A program made the position numbers and the translations under genes. From the NCBI GenBank assembly GCA_963666285.1, contig OY762711.1: 64,000 nt of DNA, one strand, 5' to 3'. Below the pieces are notes generated by a model. It was not told the DNA's origin. It searched no databases and saw nothing but the letters and a program-made list of their open reading frames with translations. Shown here in pieces: positions 1 through 10,350 of the stretch. Numbering within the stretch: position 1 is the first letter of the stretch; each line of letters opens with the position of its first letter. Origin of the DNA: Sedimentisphaerales bacterium (GTDB lineage Bacteria > Planctomycetota > Phycisphaerae > Sedimentisphaerales > SM23-30).

Positions 1-1
1 C

Positions 2-106
2 CTGGAAGGTAATGATTTTGGCGGCTATACCGAAAAGAATGCCGCAAAAACCGGCATGTTGATCGAACACGGTCACGACTTAATGGAATTCTTTTTACGA
101 GTTTAA
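2..106 (+). CDS. 3' end of a gene entering the window, possibly cofactor-independent phosphoglycerate mutase (ApgM-like)
   Basis: Frame 2 reads LEGNDFGGYTEKNAAKTGMLIEHGHDLMEFFLRV* (TAA 104-106). It resembles ApgM C-termini, and ApgM often neighbours aspartate kinase. Confidence 0.4.
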   Translation: MEGNDFGGYTEKNAAKTGMLIEHGHDLMEFFLRV

Positions 107-177
107 TCAGAAGCCGTTTTTGGCTCTGTATTTATATTTATTAACATACTGTTTTATATATGACAGGATAAATTACA

Positions 178-1392
178 ATGAAGTTAATTGTACAGAAATT
201 TGGCGGTACAAGTGTTGCAAATGCCGAGCGTATACACAGGGCGGCCAGGCGTGCTATAAAAGCCAAGGAACAGGGTTACAGTGTTGTAATGGTTGTTTCT
301 GCTATGGGCGGCACGACAGATGATTTGTTGGATCTGGCCGGCCAGATTAATAGTAACCCTCCGCGTCGAGAGCTTGATATGCTGCTGACAACGGGTGAGC
401 AGGTGAGTATTGCCCTTATGGCTATGGCTATCAATGCAGCCGGTGCCGAAGGTATTAGTTTGACGGGCGGTCAAATCGGTTTGATAACTGATGCAGTGCA
501 TACAAAGGCCCGCATCCAGAAAATCGATGCCGATAGGATTCGCAAAGAGCTGGCTGATGGAAAAATTGTGATTGTTGCAGGTTTCCAGGGAATTGATGAA
601 ACCGGCGAGATTACTACTCTTGGCCGGGGCGCATCAGATACCACAGCGGTGGCTTTGGCGGCAGTTCTGGGTGCTGAAAAATGCGAGATATATACAGATG
701 TAGATGGTGTGTATACAACTGACCCTAGAAAAGTGCCTTCAGCCAGGAAAATTAATTGCATTAGTTATGATGAAATGCTGGAGATGGCCAGTCTTGGTGC
801 AGGTGTTATGCATTCCCGCGCAATAGAGTTTGGCAAAAAATATAATGTAGATATTCATGTAAGAAGCAGTTTCAGTGATACTGAAGGAACATTAATTACT
901 CGTGAGGTTGAGCAGATGGAACAAATAGTAGTTTCAGGCGTTACTTTGAAGACAGATATGGCTCAGTTTGTTTTGAGCGATTTGCCAGATGATCCTGGTG
1001 TGGCCGCTAATATATTTGCAAAGGTAGCAGGAAAGAAACTGGTAGTAGACGATATTATCCAGACAGTTGGTGACAACGGCAAGGCCAGTATTAGTTTTAC
1101 TGTAGAAAATTCTGAACTAGCTGAAGGCAGATTGATTTGTGAAGAGATAACCAACGAATATAATTTGCCAACAGTTGTTTGTACTACTCCGGTTGCCAAG
1201 GTGTCTGCTATAGGTGTTGGTATGCGAAGTCATACAGGTGTAGCAGAAGCAATGTTTAAGGCACTGGCAGAGGCAAAAGTAAACATTAGCGCAATTACAA
1301 CAAGCGAAATCAAGATCAGCTGCCTGATTCAGCCGGAGCAGGGTGAAATTGCTCTTAAAGCTATTCATAGTGCATTTGATTTGGATGACTAA
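178..1392 (+). CDS. lysC: Aspartate kinase
   Basis: VQKFGGTSV, VVSAMGGTTD, TTLGRGASDTTA and YTDVDGVYTTDPR motifs; C-terminal ACT domains. Confidence 0.97.
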   Translation: MKLIVQKFGGTSVANAERIHRAARRAIKAKEQGYSVVMVVSAMGGTTDDLLDLAGQINSNPPRRELDMLLTTGEQVSIALMAMAINAAGAEGISLTGGQIGLITDAVHTKARIQKIDADRIRKELADGKIVIVAGFQGIDETGEITTLGRGASDTTAVALAAVLGAEKCEIYTDVDGVYTTDPRKVPSARKINCISYDEMLEMASLGAGVMHSRAIEFGKKYNVDIHVRSSFSDTEGTLITREVEQMEQIVVSGVTLKTDMAQFVLSDLPDDPGVAANIFAKVAGKKLVVDDIIQTVGDNGKASISFTVENSELAEGRLICEEITNEYNLPTVVCTTPVAKVSAIGVGMRSHTGVAEAMFKALAEAKVNISAITTSEIKISCLIQPEQGEIALKAIHSAFDLDD

Positions 1393-1478
1393 AATTTCGT
1401 TTGATTTAGTGTGATCCCTTAAGAATATGAATTGTCTGTTTGTTTTGATATGAACAGCATTTCGGATTTGGAGCGTTT

Positions 1479-2570
1479 ATGAATTATGCTGTTATTATGG
1501 CTGGCGGTTCAGGAAAGAGACTTTGGCCTCTTAGTACCCGGAATACCCCCAAGCAGATTATCCCGCTTTTTAATGGCAAGTCACTTCTGCGGCTGTGTTT
1601 TAGCCGTATTAGCGATATATTCGAACCTGAAAATATTCTTGTTATTACAAATGTTGATTATGCTGAAGGAGTAAAGCAGGAGTTGGCCGAGCTGCCGCCT
1701 GAGAACGTTATTAGTGAGCCGGTTGGAAGAAATACTGCAAATGCGATTGGACTAGCTTCAACTGTAATAAGCAAACGTGATCCTGACCCGGAATCGGTAA
1801 TGGCTGTTTTTAGTGCAGATCAGCTAATCGACCCAATCGAGTCATTGCAGATTGCAATCCGAAAAGCGATAGGTTTTATCTCTGATCATCCGCAGGCATT
1901 AATAACATTTGGTATTAAACCAGCCTGGGCTCATACGGGTTTTGGATATGTCAAAAGAGGTGAAGAGATCGGCGGGGAAGGGATTTTCCCGGTGGCCGAG
2001 TTTAAGGAAAAGCCTAACAAGCACACTGCCAGCCGATATATTCGTTCAGGTGAATATTGCTGGAACAGCGGTATGTTTGTATTCAGGGTTAATACTATTC
2101 TTAAACATCTGGATAAAAATCTACCGCATAATTTTGAACGTTTTAAGTTGATAGGCGACCATTGGGGTAAACCAGACCAGCAGATTATTCTTGAAGAAGA
2201 ATACGAGCATCTGGAACACATAAGTATTGATTATGCCGTAATGGAAAGGGCAGAAAAAGATATTTATGTTATCGAACTGGATTGTCACTGGCAGGATGTT
2301 GGATCTTATGAGGCCTTGTCAGAGAATGTTTGCGTTGATATTTCGGACAGTAATATAAAAATAGATAATGCTAAAGTCAAAATTCTTGGCTCGGCAAATA
2401 ATATGTTTTTAACCAATGATCCTAACCACCTGATTGCAGCGGTTCATGTAGAAGATATGATTATCGCTCACACTCCCAAAGCGACTTTGATATGTCATCG
2501 AGATGAAACCGATCTGCTAAAGCAGCTGCTCGAAGAAATCGAAGAAGAAGGTTTTACCGAATTTCTCTAG
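1479..2570 (+). CDS. manC: Mannose-1-phosphate guanylyltransferase
   Basis: VIMAGGSGKRLWPLS, EPVGRNTA, FKEKP, WNSGMF, SIDYAVME, WQDVGS. Confidence 0.93.
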   Translation: MNYAVIMAGGSGKRLWPLSTRNTPKQIIPLFNGKSLLRLCFSRISDIFEPENILVITNVDYAEGVKQELAELPPENVISEPVGRNTANAIGLASTVISKRDPDPESVMAVFSADQLIDPIESLQIAIRKAIGFISDHPQALITFGIKPAWAHTGFGYVKRGEEIGGEGIFPVAEFKEKPNKHTASRYIRSGEYCWNSGMFVFRVNTILKHLDKNLPHNFERFKLIGDHWGKPDQQIILEEEYEHLEHISIDYAVMERAEKDIYVIELDCHWQDVGSYEALSENVCVDISDSNIKIDNAKVKILGSANNMFLTNDPNHLIAAVHVEDMIIAHTPKATLICHRDETDLLKQLLEEIEEEGFTEFL

Positions 2571-2583
2571 GAGGTTTTGCTAT

Positions 2584-2994
2584 TTGCGATATATGGCAAT
2601 AGATTATGGCTTACGCCGAATAGGTTTAGCAATTTGTGATGCAGGCGAGATAATCGTATCGCCTTTATGCCAGATTGATAATCCGACGGAAAATCGTCAA
2701 ATGGCAGTTGATAGTATTATTTCGTTAGTGAGAGAGCATGAAATAGAAGCAATTGTAGTTGGCCTGCCGGTTAATATGGATGGGACAATAGGGGAGCAGG
2801 CCAGGATTTCACGTAATTTTGGTGAAAAACTGGCAGGGCAAACAGGTCTGGACGTACATTTTCAAGACGAAAGGCTTAGCAGTCGTTCCGCAGACAGGCT
2901 TTTGGCCGACAGTGGATTTAGCAGAAAGAGAAAGAAAGCCCGGCGTGATATGCTGGCAGCTTGTGAAATATTAAAAACCTTCCTGGGGCAGTAA
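2584..2994 (+). CDS. yqgF: YqgF/RuvX Holliday-junction-resolvase-like nuclease
   Basis: AIDYGLRRIGLA, VVGLPVNMDG, DERLSS; TTG start after GGAGG; stop overlaps the tatC ATG. Confidence 0.93.
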   Translation: MRYMAIDYGLRRIGLAICDAGEIIVSPLCQIDNPTENRQMAVDSIISLVREHEIEAIVVGLPVNMDGTIGEQARISRNFGEKLAGQTGLDVHFQDERLSSRSADRLLADSGFSRKRKKARRDMLAACEILKTFLGQ

Positions 2995-4112
2995 TGGATA
3001 ATAGTAATTCCAGCAGTATTGAAAAAAAACGTAGGCGACATGATCTTGAAGACTCAAATATGAGTTTCGGTGATCATTTAATGGAATTACGTTCTAGAAT
3101 CATCAAAAGTCTAATTGGTCTTGTTTTAGGCTTTATTGTTTCAATGTTCTTTGCCTGGGATATTATCGAGTTTCTGGCAGCGCCTTTGGTTGCTGCTCTT
3201 GAATTAAATGGCATGTCTACCGATCTGCTTACAACCGGTATTGCTACTCCATTTATCACCTATATGAAAGTTGCATTGATTTCCGGTGTTTTTTTTGCTT
3301 CACCATGGATATTTTGCCAGGTTTGGGGATTCGTTGCTGCCGGATTATATTCACATGAAAAAAGGTATATTAATACATTTGTACCTTTCTCTGCTATTCT
3401 GTTCGTATTGGGCGGATTGTTTTTTGTACTGGTAGTTGCGCCGATTTCGATGAACTTTTTCCTTAACTTTAATAAGGGATTTCAAATTGATCCGGAACCG
3501 AGTGCCTGGCATAAGTTGCTAATGGGAAAGTTGAATGATGAGGCTGAACAGAACCCAGAAGTAAAAGAAAGTAGTACGGAAGTTGATGTCAAGGAGCCAG
3601 AAAAGCAGGCAAATGACAGGATGAAAATAGAACTGGTATGTCCGATACCATATTTGAATGATTATATCAAATTGTCAGCTGATTTACCTTATCATGGTGA
3701 AAAATCAGTAATTGCCTCTAATGATCCTGTTAAGCCAAATACCGAGACCGTTAGTTCTGATACTAAAAAAATACAGAAAGTGGAAAGTGAACAAGCACCT
3801 AAGCGGATGGCTTCAATTGATGTAAGATGTACTATCAACGAATATGTGCATTTCGTTATGTTGTTAGCATTAGCTTTTGGCATATCTTTTCAGATGCCGT
3901 TGGCGGTGTTTCTCTTAGGCAGGTTAAATCTTGTATCACTTGAGACCTTATGTAAAGTTCGTAAGTATGTAGTATTGGGCATAGTTATATTCTCAGCTGT
4001 AATTACTCCGCCGGATGTTGTATCTCAAATTTTAATGAGTATTCCAATGTACTTCCTATATGAACTTGGAATTCTTCTAGTAAGATTCTGGCCCAATAAA
4101 GAAATAGAGTAG
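2994..4112 (+). CDS. tatC: Twin-arginine translocase subunit TatC with a large loop insertion
   Basis: MSFGDHLMELRSRII, QVWGFVAAGLYSHEK, FGISFQMP, AVITPPDVVSQ, PMYFLYE; about 110 aa hydrophilic insert. Confidence 0.93.
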   Translation: MDNSNSSSIEKKRRRHDLEDSNMSFGDHLMELRSRIIKSLIGLVLGFIVSMFFAWDIIEFLAAPLVAALELNGMSTDLLTTGIATPFITYMKVALISGVFFASPWIFCQVWGFVAAGLYSHEKRYINTFVPFSAILFVLGGLFFVLVVAPISMNFFLNFNKGFQIDPEPSAWHKLLMGKLNDEAEQNPEVKESSTEVDVKEPEKQANDRMKIELVCPIPYLNDYIKLSADLPYHGEKSVIASNDPVKPNTETVSSDTKKIQKVESEQAPKRMASIDVRCTINEYVHFVMLLALAFGISFQMPLAVFLLGRLNLVSLETLCKVRKYVVLGIVIFSAVITPPDVVSQILMSIPMYFLYELGILLVRFWPNKEIE

Positions 4113-4118
4113 CCACAA

Positions 4119-4952
4119 ATGATTATTAGTGAACTTGTCAAAAAAGCATGTAAAAGACCACTGATAATGGGTATTCTGAATGTTACCCCTGATTCTTTCA
4201 GTGATGGCGGTATGTTTTATGATTCTATCAAGGCTGTAGAGCATGCGAAAGAAATGTTGGAAGATGGGGCTGATATAATTGATATTGGTGGGGAATCAAC
4301 TCGCCCAGGTTCGGAATCTGTTTCTGCTGCTGAGCAGATCAGGCGTATAGTTCCTGTAATAGAATTATTATATTCTGAAACAGGGTGCTGTATTAGTATT
4401 GATACTACCAGAGCAGAAGTTGCTGCCAGGGCCGTTGCTGCCGGCGCATCAATTATTAACGATATCTCAGCGTTAGAGGATGACGCTGAAATGGTTTCTA
4501 CTGTCGGAAGTACTGACAGCTTCGTTATACTTATGCATAAAAAAGGTCGACCTGCTGATATGCAGGATAGCCCGGATTATGGAGATGTAGTTGATGATAT
4601 TTTACAATATCTTTCAGATAGAATCAGTTTCGCTGAAAGCTGTGGTGTAAAAAGAGAGAAAATTATTATTGATCCGGGAATTGGTTTTGGCAAGACCGTT
4701 GAACACAATCTTTCGCTCATCAAAAATATCGGTAGATTTCATGATTTAGGAGTACCCGTTTTGCTTGGAGCCAGCAGGAAATCATTTATCGGGAAAATTC
4801 TTGATATTAATGAGCCGCTTGACAGGGTATATGGCGATTCAGCAGTTACTGCATTTGCATGCCGTGAAGGTGTTAATATTTTCAGGGTCCACGATGTTGA
4901 ATCCTGCAAGCAGGTTATAAAAATGACTACAGCTATAATGCAAAATGAATAA
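4119..4952 (+). CDS. folP: Dihydropteroate synthase
   Basis: MGILNVTPDSFSDGG, DIGGESTRPG, DPGIGFGK, GASRKSFIG, RVHDV. Confidence 0.97.
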   Translation: MIISELVKKACKRPLIMGILNVTPDSFSDGGMFYDSIKAVEHAKEMLEDGADIIDIGGESTRPGSESVSAAEQIRRIVPVIELLYSETGCCISIDTTRAEVAARAVAAGASIINDISALEDDAEMVSTVGSTDSFVILMHKKGRPADMQDSPDYGDVVDDILQYLSDRISFAESCGVKREKIIIDPGIGFGKTVEHNLSLIKNIGRFHDLGVPVLLGASRKSFIGKILDINEPLDRVYGDSAVTAFACREGVNIFRVHDVESCKQVIKMTTAIMQNE

Positions 4953-4964
4953 GGAAAGGTAAAT

Positions 4965-5381
4965 ATGAAAAGCTATCGTAAAGAACTCTGGTTTAATATA
5001 ACCAAAAGGCGTCAATTAATAAATATTACTTCAGAACTGGAACAGTGCCTGGCAGAAAGCGGCATAATGGAAGGCTTGCTTCTTTGTAATGCAATGCATA
5101 TAAGTGCGAGTGTGTTTATTAATGATGATGAGGCCGGTTTGCATCATGATTTTGAAGTGTGGCTCGAGAAACTTGCACCGGAAAAGCCTTATTCTCAGTA
5201 TCAGCATAATGGGTTTGAGGATAATGCAGACGCCCATCTGAAGCGTACTATTATGGGGCGAGAGGTAGTTGTTGCGGTAACAGAAGGCAGGATGGATTTC
5301 GGTCCCTGGGAACAGGTGTTTTACGGTGAATTTGACGGTAAGCGTCAGAAGCGAGTTCTGGTAAAGATTATAGGAGAATAA
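4965..5381 (+). CDS. yjbQ: YjbQ/UPF0047 family protein
   Basis: [33 protein letters not shown]. Confidence 0.92.
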   Translation: MKSYRKELWFNITKRRQLINITSELEQCLAESGIMEGLLLCNAMHISASVFINDDEAGLHHDFEVWLEKLAPEKPYSQYQHNGFEDNADAHLKRTIMGREVVVAVTEGRMDFGPWEQVFYGEFDGKRQKRVLVKIIGE

Positions 5382-5389
5382 TCCAGGTT

Positions 5390-8122
5390 TTAGTTGCCAG
5401 TTGCTTTCTGATTTTTTCTAGTTTCATTTTTAAGCTCTTTAAAGTTGCTTATCAGATTCTGCATTAGGATTTTAATATTATCCGTTTCGCAATCATATAG
5501 ATTGTTTTCAATATCTCTGGCAACGGAAGACAGTTGGTCTGCACCGATTCCGAAAGCACCGTTTTTAATCTTTTGAATTTCTTTTTCTACTGTATTCAAA
5601 TTGCTTCGGTCTATGGCTTCATTTAGAATGCGGATTTGAAGTTCTACATCTCTTATGAAGTCCTTAACGGTATTTTCCATCAGCGATTCATTATTATCAA
5701 ATAGTTCAATTGCTCTTTCTTTATTCCAGATTTGCATATGATCTGAATTATCGGTATTGAGTGCGGAGCTTTTACTGATTTCCGTAAAAGCGTTTTCCAC
5801 CTGCTGATTATCTTTATTGAGCCATTTTTCCAATACAGCCGCTAATTTAGCTGCTCGTACAGGCTTTTCCATTAGATCGTTCATTCGGCTGTTCAGGCAT
5901 TTATTTTTTAGTTCAGGATCAGCATCGGCAGTTAACGCGATGATTGGTACATTTTTATTGAAATTGTCATAAGATCGTATTAGTTTGGCGGCCATAATCC
6001 CGTCCATTATTGGCATTTGAATATCCATTAAAATCAGGTCATATTTGCCAATTCTCGTCATTTCAACCGCTTCTCTGCCATTTTGTGCCAGGTCTGTTTT
6101 TATCTCCAGTTTATTAAGTTGGTTTATGAGCAGATTTTGGTTAGTTTTGTAATCTTCTACAAGTAGAATTTTATGTTTTGACAATCTGGTTTTACTGTCG
6201 TATATGTTAATTGTTTCAAAATCATTCAATTGTTTCAATCTTGTTGAGTCGCATAATTGAACCGAAATTTCAAAATGAATTACATTTTCAGTGTTTTCAT
6301 TTTTTCGGATTTGTATTTTTGCGTCGAGAAGTTCGGCCAATCTTTTTGTTATCGATGGGATTATACTGTTTGCAAGCGATCCGAAGTTGTGTTCTTTAGT
6401 TGAAAAGGTTGGTATTTCATTGTCATTTATTTTAATTGTTTTACATCCGTTGATACTGAATCTGATTTGAGCGTTTGTTTTGTTCCTGTTCAGTGTAGTT
6501 ATAATAAGTGCTATAGTATCATCTTTTGCATTGTCAATAGCACAGCTTAGCAGGTTAATTATGATTTGCCTTAGCTTGAGTTGGTCTGAAATAATATATT
6601 GCGGGACGCCGTCTGCGATTTCAATTTGAAGATTTAAACCTCTGTTTTCAGCTTTCGGAGTTACCAGATGTCTTACAGTTTCTATCAGCTGGAACAGGTC
6701 GCATGCTTTAAGTGATAATTTTATCTTACCAGACTGTATTTTATAATCTTCAATAATTTCATCGATAGTTTCTAGTAAGAATTCAGATTCATATAATATT
6801 GTATTCAGTTTTTTGGCAGTTTCGTCAGAGTTACTATTCATAATCAGCTCTTCAGTGTAGCCGATTATTGAGCTTAGAGGTGTGCGGGTTTTATATGTTA
6901 TGCTCTCTAACAGCTCATCTTTGCCTTTATTGATTTTTGTAAGATTTTTTATCAGATTTTTGAGTTTGATTCTTTTTTGCTGATTATGGTTCTTTTCTTT
7001 TTCTGATTGTTCCAGCATTTTTACATAGTCACACAGTTTTTGCCCTATATTATTTATAGACTGGACCAGGCTGATGTTATAATTGTCTGTGATATTCCCA
7101 TTATTACTACCCAGATTATGCATGTTTTTTAGTGTGTTTTTGATAGGTATCAAAAAGTATCTATTTGAAATATATACGATAACAAGTGAAGAAAGGGAGC
7201 AGACGATTAGTGTGATGGCTAAGAGGTTTGAATATGAACTTTTGAAATTTTGAGTAAAGGTGTTATTTTTTACAAGAGAGATTCTCCATTTTTGTCCAGG
7301 ATAATCTTTGTATCCCTTCATGATATTAAATGTGCAGTATTTTTTCTGTGGATTTTCACCTTGCGTAGAATATATATATTTACCAGACTCGTTTTCAGTT
7401 AATAGTTTTTTAGAATTATCATCAGGGAAGAATTCCAGTATTTGGTCTGGGTCAGGGTGGTACAGTATCCTCCCTGAGCGGTCAGTGATTATTATATGTG
7501 ATATTACGTCCGGGATATTATTATTAGCATTTTGGAAAATTTCATTAATATCTAGATCTGCAGCAATAACTCCTGATATTCTCCCAGCCTCCGATTTGAT
7601 AGGCATGCATATTGTTATGATTGAAGTATATGCGCCAGGTGTTAGATATACAGGTGATACCGCTATTTTACCGGTTGACGCAAGTTTAAACCAGCTCTTC
7701 TCTTTCCAATCTCCCAGGTAATTATACTTTAGAGAGGTGATTACTTCTCCTTTTGTATCTATCAGGGTTATGTCTGCCAGTGTGGTGTTCTGCTGAATGA
7801 AATTCCTTAATTCGTTTAATTTTAGCTGTGTTGATATTGTGTCTGTTTTTATTGAATATTGTTCTGAAAGATATTTAAGTTCCTGCAGGCAGGTATTGAT
7901 TTCAAAATCTATATCTCTGGCAGTTTCTTCGAGTATATAATTTGTGTGGGCTTTTTCATGATCTTCAACATTAACTAATTCCTGACTGAAGTATATGATG
8001 AATGTTAGCAATGCCGGCATAGTCATTGCTAAGAAAATTAACATTCCAACCCTTAATGATGATTTGTCAAATATTTTATATTTCATATATCTATCCATTA
8101 TTTTGATAAAAGATAATGCCAT
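5390..8122 (-). CDS. Hybrid sensor-kinase-like protein (TM-Cache-TM-HisKA-HATPase-REC-HPt), degenerate kinase and HPt
   Basis: Cache-like region (GRILYHPD); HisKA-like ITYKTRTPLSSIIG; intact REC (LLVED, DLILMDIQMPIMDG, IIALTA, KP); HPt-like C-terminus. True start may be a few codons downstream. Confidence 0.85.
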   Translation of the reverse strand: MALSFIKIMDRYMKYKIFDKSSLRVGMLIFLAMTMPALLTFIIYFSQELVNVEDHEKAHTNYILEETARDIDFEINTCLQELKYLSEQYSIKTDTISTQLKLNELRNFIQQNTTLADITLIDTKGEVITSLKYNYLGDWKEKSWFKLASTGKIAVSPVYLTPGAYTSIITICMPIKSEAGRISGVIAADLDINEIFQNANNNIPDVISHIIITDRSGRILYHPDPDQILEFFPDDNSKKLLTENESGKYIYSTQGENPQKKYCTFNIMKGYKDYPGQKWRISLVKNNTFTQNFKSSYSNLLAITLIVCSLSSLVIVYISNRYFLIPIKNTLKNMHNLGSNNGNITDNYNISLVQSINNIGQKLCDYVKMLEQSEKEKNHNQQKRIKLKNLIKNLTKINKGKDELLESITYKTRTPLSSIIGYTEELIMNSNSDETAKKLNTILYESEFLLETIDEIIEDYKIQSGKIKLSLKACDLFQLIETVRHLVTPKAENRGLNLQIEIADGVPQYIISDQLKLRQIIINLLSCAIDNAKDDTIALIITTLNRNKTNAQIRFSINGCKTIKINDNEIPTFSTKEHNFGSLANSIIPSITKRLAELLDAKIQIRKNENTENVIHFEISVQLCDSTRLKQLNDFETINIYDSKTRLSKHKILLVEDYKTNQNLLINQLNKLEIKTDLAQNGREAVEMTRIGKYDLILMDIQMPIMDGIMAAKLIRSYDNFNKNVPIIALTADADPELKNKCLNSRMNDLMEKPVRAAKLAAVLEKWLNKDNQQVENAFTEISKSSALNTDNSDHMQIWNKERAIELFDNNESLMENTVKDFIRDVELQIRILNEAIDRSNLNTVEKEIQKIKNGAFGIGADQLSSVARDIENNLYDCETDNIKILMQNLISNFKELKNETRKNQKATGN

Positions 8123-9213
8123 GTTTTATTAATGATTCTATTTGTTTCCTGGCTTGAAAATTCATAGCCAAATGACTCTCCTTTGTCCAGGGCATGCGAT
8201 GGAGGATATAAGTATTTGTTATTAAGTATAGACGAGTCTGTATGTTTAGCGGCTGCTTTATTAGGGTTTGCGGCAAACAACGTACTGGAAATTTCACTAC
8301 TGATTTTGGGGTCAAGTATATGTTCAATAAAGAGCATGGCGGTGTTTTTTTTGTTAGAGCTTTTGGGAATGCACATATTGTCAATCCATAGACTGTAACC
8401 TTCAGTTGGCAGAATGTAATCGATGTCAGGATTGTTTTCAACCTGCTCAAATATCAGACCGCTATAAGTAGCTGCTGCCCAGATAGATTCATCTTGTATA
8501 CCTTTAATAATGTCAGTTTCTCCCATAATTTTGACATCCATTTTTTTCAGGCTTAGCAGGAGGTCAGCAGCTTCGTTTAGCTCTGTAATATTTTTAGTAT
8601 TTAAATTGTATTTGCGTATTAACAATGGAATTGAAATACACTCTCTTGGATTTTTTATCAGGGCGATATGTCCGGTATATTTCTGGTCAAATAAGACGTT
8701 CCAGTCTGGCGAAGGCGACTCTATATGTTTTTTATTTATTACTAAACCGGTTGTGCCCCATATATATGGAACACTATATTTATTCCCGGGGTCATACTTT
8801 TGGTTAGTGAATTTCTTATCCAGGTTATTGAAATTAGAAATTTCACTTTGATCTATTTCTGCAAGAAGTTTCATCGCGATAAGTTCTTTTACCGATGCTC
8901 CAGTTGCAATGCATACATCTGCCTGGCCAGGTGAAGATATTATTGACGAAAGCAGCTCATCTTCATTTTCAAAATAGTGTACGTTCAGCTTAATACCATA
9001 TTTACTCTCGAACCTGCTTATTGCTTTCTTTGTTATATGATTACCCCATAAATACAGGTTTAATGATTTTGCATATTCTATTTCATTTTTCTTATGTTCT
9101 ATGGCAGCGGTCGTATCTTTGGGGCCGCCTAGCATGGTATATGCGAAGTATACCATAAATGCTAAACATATTATTATTGTCAGTTGAAGAATAATATTGA
9201 TAAAATTTTTCAT
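8098..9213 (-). CDS. PotD/PotF-like polyamine ABC substrate-binding protein, membrane anchored
   Basis: LNLYLWGNHI, YDPGNKYSVPYIWGTTGL, LPTEGYSLWIDNMCIPK; N-terminal TM helix. Confidence 0.88.
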   Translation of the reverse strand: MKNFINIILQLTIIICLAFMVYFAYTMLGGPKDTTAAIEHKKNEIEYAKSLNLYLWGNHITKKAISRFESKYGIKLNVHYFENEDELLSSIISSPGQADVCIATGASVKELIAMKLLAEIDQSEISNFNNLDKKFTNQKYDPGNKYSVPYIWGTTGLVINKKHIESPSPDWNVLFDQKYTGHIALIKNPRECISIPLLIRKYNLNTKNITELNEAADLLLSLKKMDVKIMGETDIIKGIQDESIWAAATYSGLIFEQVENNPDIDYILPTEGYSLWIDNMCIPKSSNKKNTAMLFIEHILDPKISSEISSTLFAANPNKAAAKHTDSSILNNKYLYPPSHALDKGESFGYEFSSQETNRIINKTWHYLLSK

Positions 9214-9532
9214 TCTTATTATTTTCCTGAACTATTAACCAGAAAACCCAATATCATATTCTTATCATTTGTCTAAAATGTTAATGTAGCAAGTTCTGTA
9301 TAACGCTGAAGATATATTAACAATTCGTCGTATATTGCTTCGACCTTTGCCTCTTATGAAACAATAACTTATGGTTTTTGAAGATAGGAAACCGAAGTGT
9401 GGAGATATAAATGTAAGTATTTCGTATTAAGATAATTAAGGTTAGTCTTGTAGTGATTGGCAGGCTTGGCGAAAAACTCGAGTTGGCGATTTTACCTGTA
9501 TTGCTTTTAGTTATGGGACCGATAATTGTGCT

Positions 9533-9799
9533 TTACTTCTTTTCCGGTACCGGGTCAAAACCGCCTTTGGCGAAAGGGTTGCATCGTATAATTCTTTTTA
9601 TACTAAGCCAAAGTCCCTTTATTGGACCATATTCGATTAAGGCTTCTTTGCAGTATTCACTGCAGGTTGGTACATATTTACATGATGCCGGCAGGTGGGG
9701 AGATATGCCCATTTGGTACAGTTTAACAAAAGCTAACATTAGCTTTAGCAGCAAGCGGGCAGGCAAATGATATTTATTTATTGGGCTGTTTGTTTTCAA
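9533..9799 (-). CDS. yidD: Membrane protein insertion efficiency factor YidD
   Basis: [34 protein letters not shown]. Confidence 0.95.
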   Translation of the reverse strand: MKTNSPINKYHLPARLLLKLMLAFVKLYQMGISPHLPASCKYVPTCSEYCKEALIEYGPIKGLWLSIKRIIRCNPFAKGGFDPVPEKK

Positions 9800-10166
9800 T
9801 GTTTCTTTTATTCTGTTTTTTTACAATTCTTGGCGTCAGGCTCAATAATGATTTGACATATTTTCCTGTTGCACATGATTGAGTGGGACGAGGGATGATA
9901 ACCCAGTCATACCCTTGTGGAAGACTGTTTCGGCATAATCTGAATGCCTCTCGAAGGCAGCGTTTATAGCGATTTCTGATAACTGCTCCGCCCAGTTTTT
10001 TGCTTACGGATAAGCCTAATCGGCTGATTTTCAGGTTGTTAGGCTTACCATATAGAAGAATATTGCTGTCAGAAATACTGTTGCGGTTTTTGAAAACTTT
10101 GGCAAAGGATTCTGTTTTTTTCATCCTGGCCGAACCAGGGAATTTTAATTGTGTGTTTTTGCTCAT
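9774..10166 (-). CDS. rnpA: Ribonuclease P protein component
   Basis: [28 protein letters not shown]; adjacent to yidD. Confidence 0.95.
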   Translation of the reverse strand: MSKNTQLKFPGSARMKKTESFAKVFKNRNSISDSNILLYGKPNNLKISRLGLSVSKKLGGAVIRNRYKRCLREAFRLCRNSLPQGYDWVIIPRPTQSCATGKYVKSLLSLTPRIVKKQNKRNIENKQPNK

Positions 10167-10250
10167 ATATAGGCAGTCAATTGACCTGATAAAACTGATA
10201 TTCTTTAGAATTCCTTAACTGTATGCTGCTTAAACGTTTACTGATCTATA

Positions 10251-10279
10251 ATTCTATTTTGGCAGTTGATTTTTGTCAA
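10251..10279 (-). promoter_or_regulatory. Sigma70-type promoter for rnpA-yidD
   Basis: Minus strand reads TTGACA-N17-TAGAAT. Confidence 0.7.
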
Positions 10280-10350
10280 GAAATCTAATGTCTCAATTTG
10301 AATATTTCTTGACTTTAATTTTGCTATAAAGATAATGCTGATAGATAATT

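Noticed and set aside
3470..3830. Intein in tatC (or in panE)
   Set aside because: No C/S start with an HN-C/S/T end and no splicing blocks.
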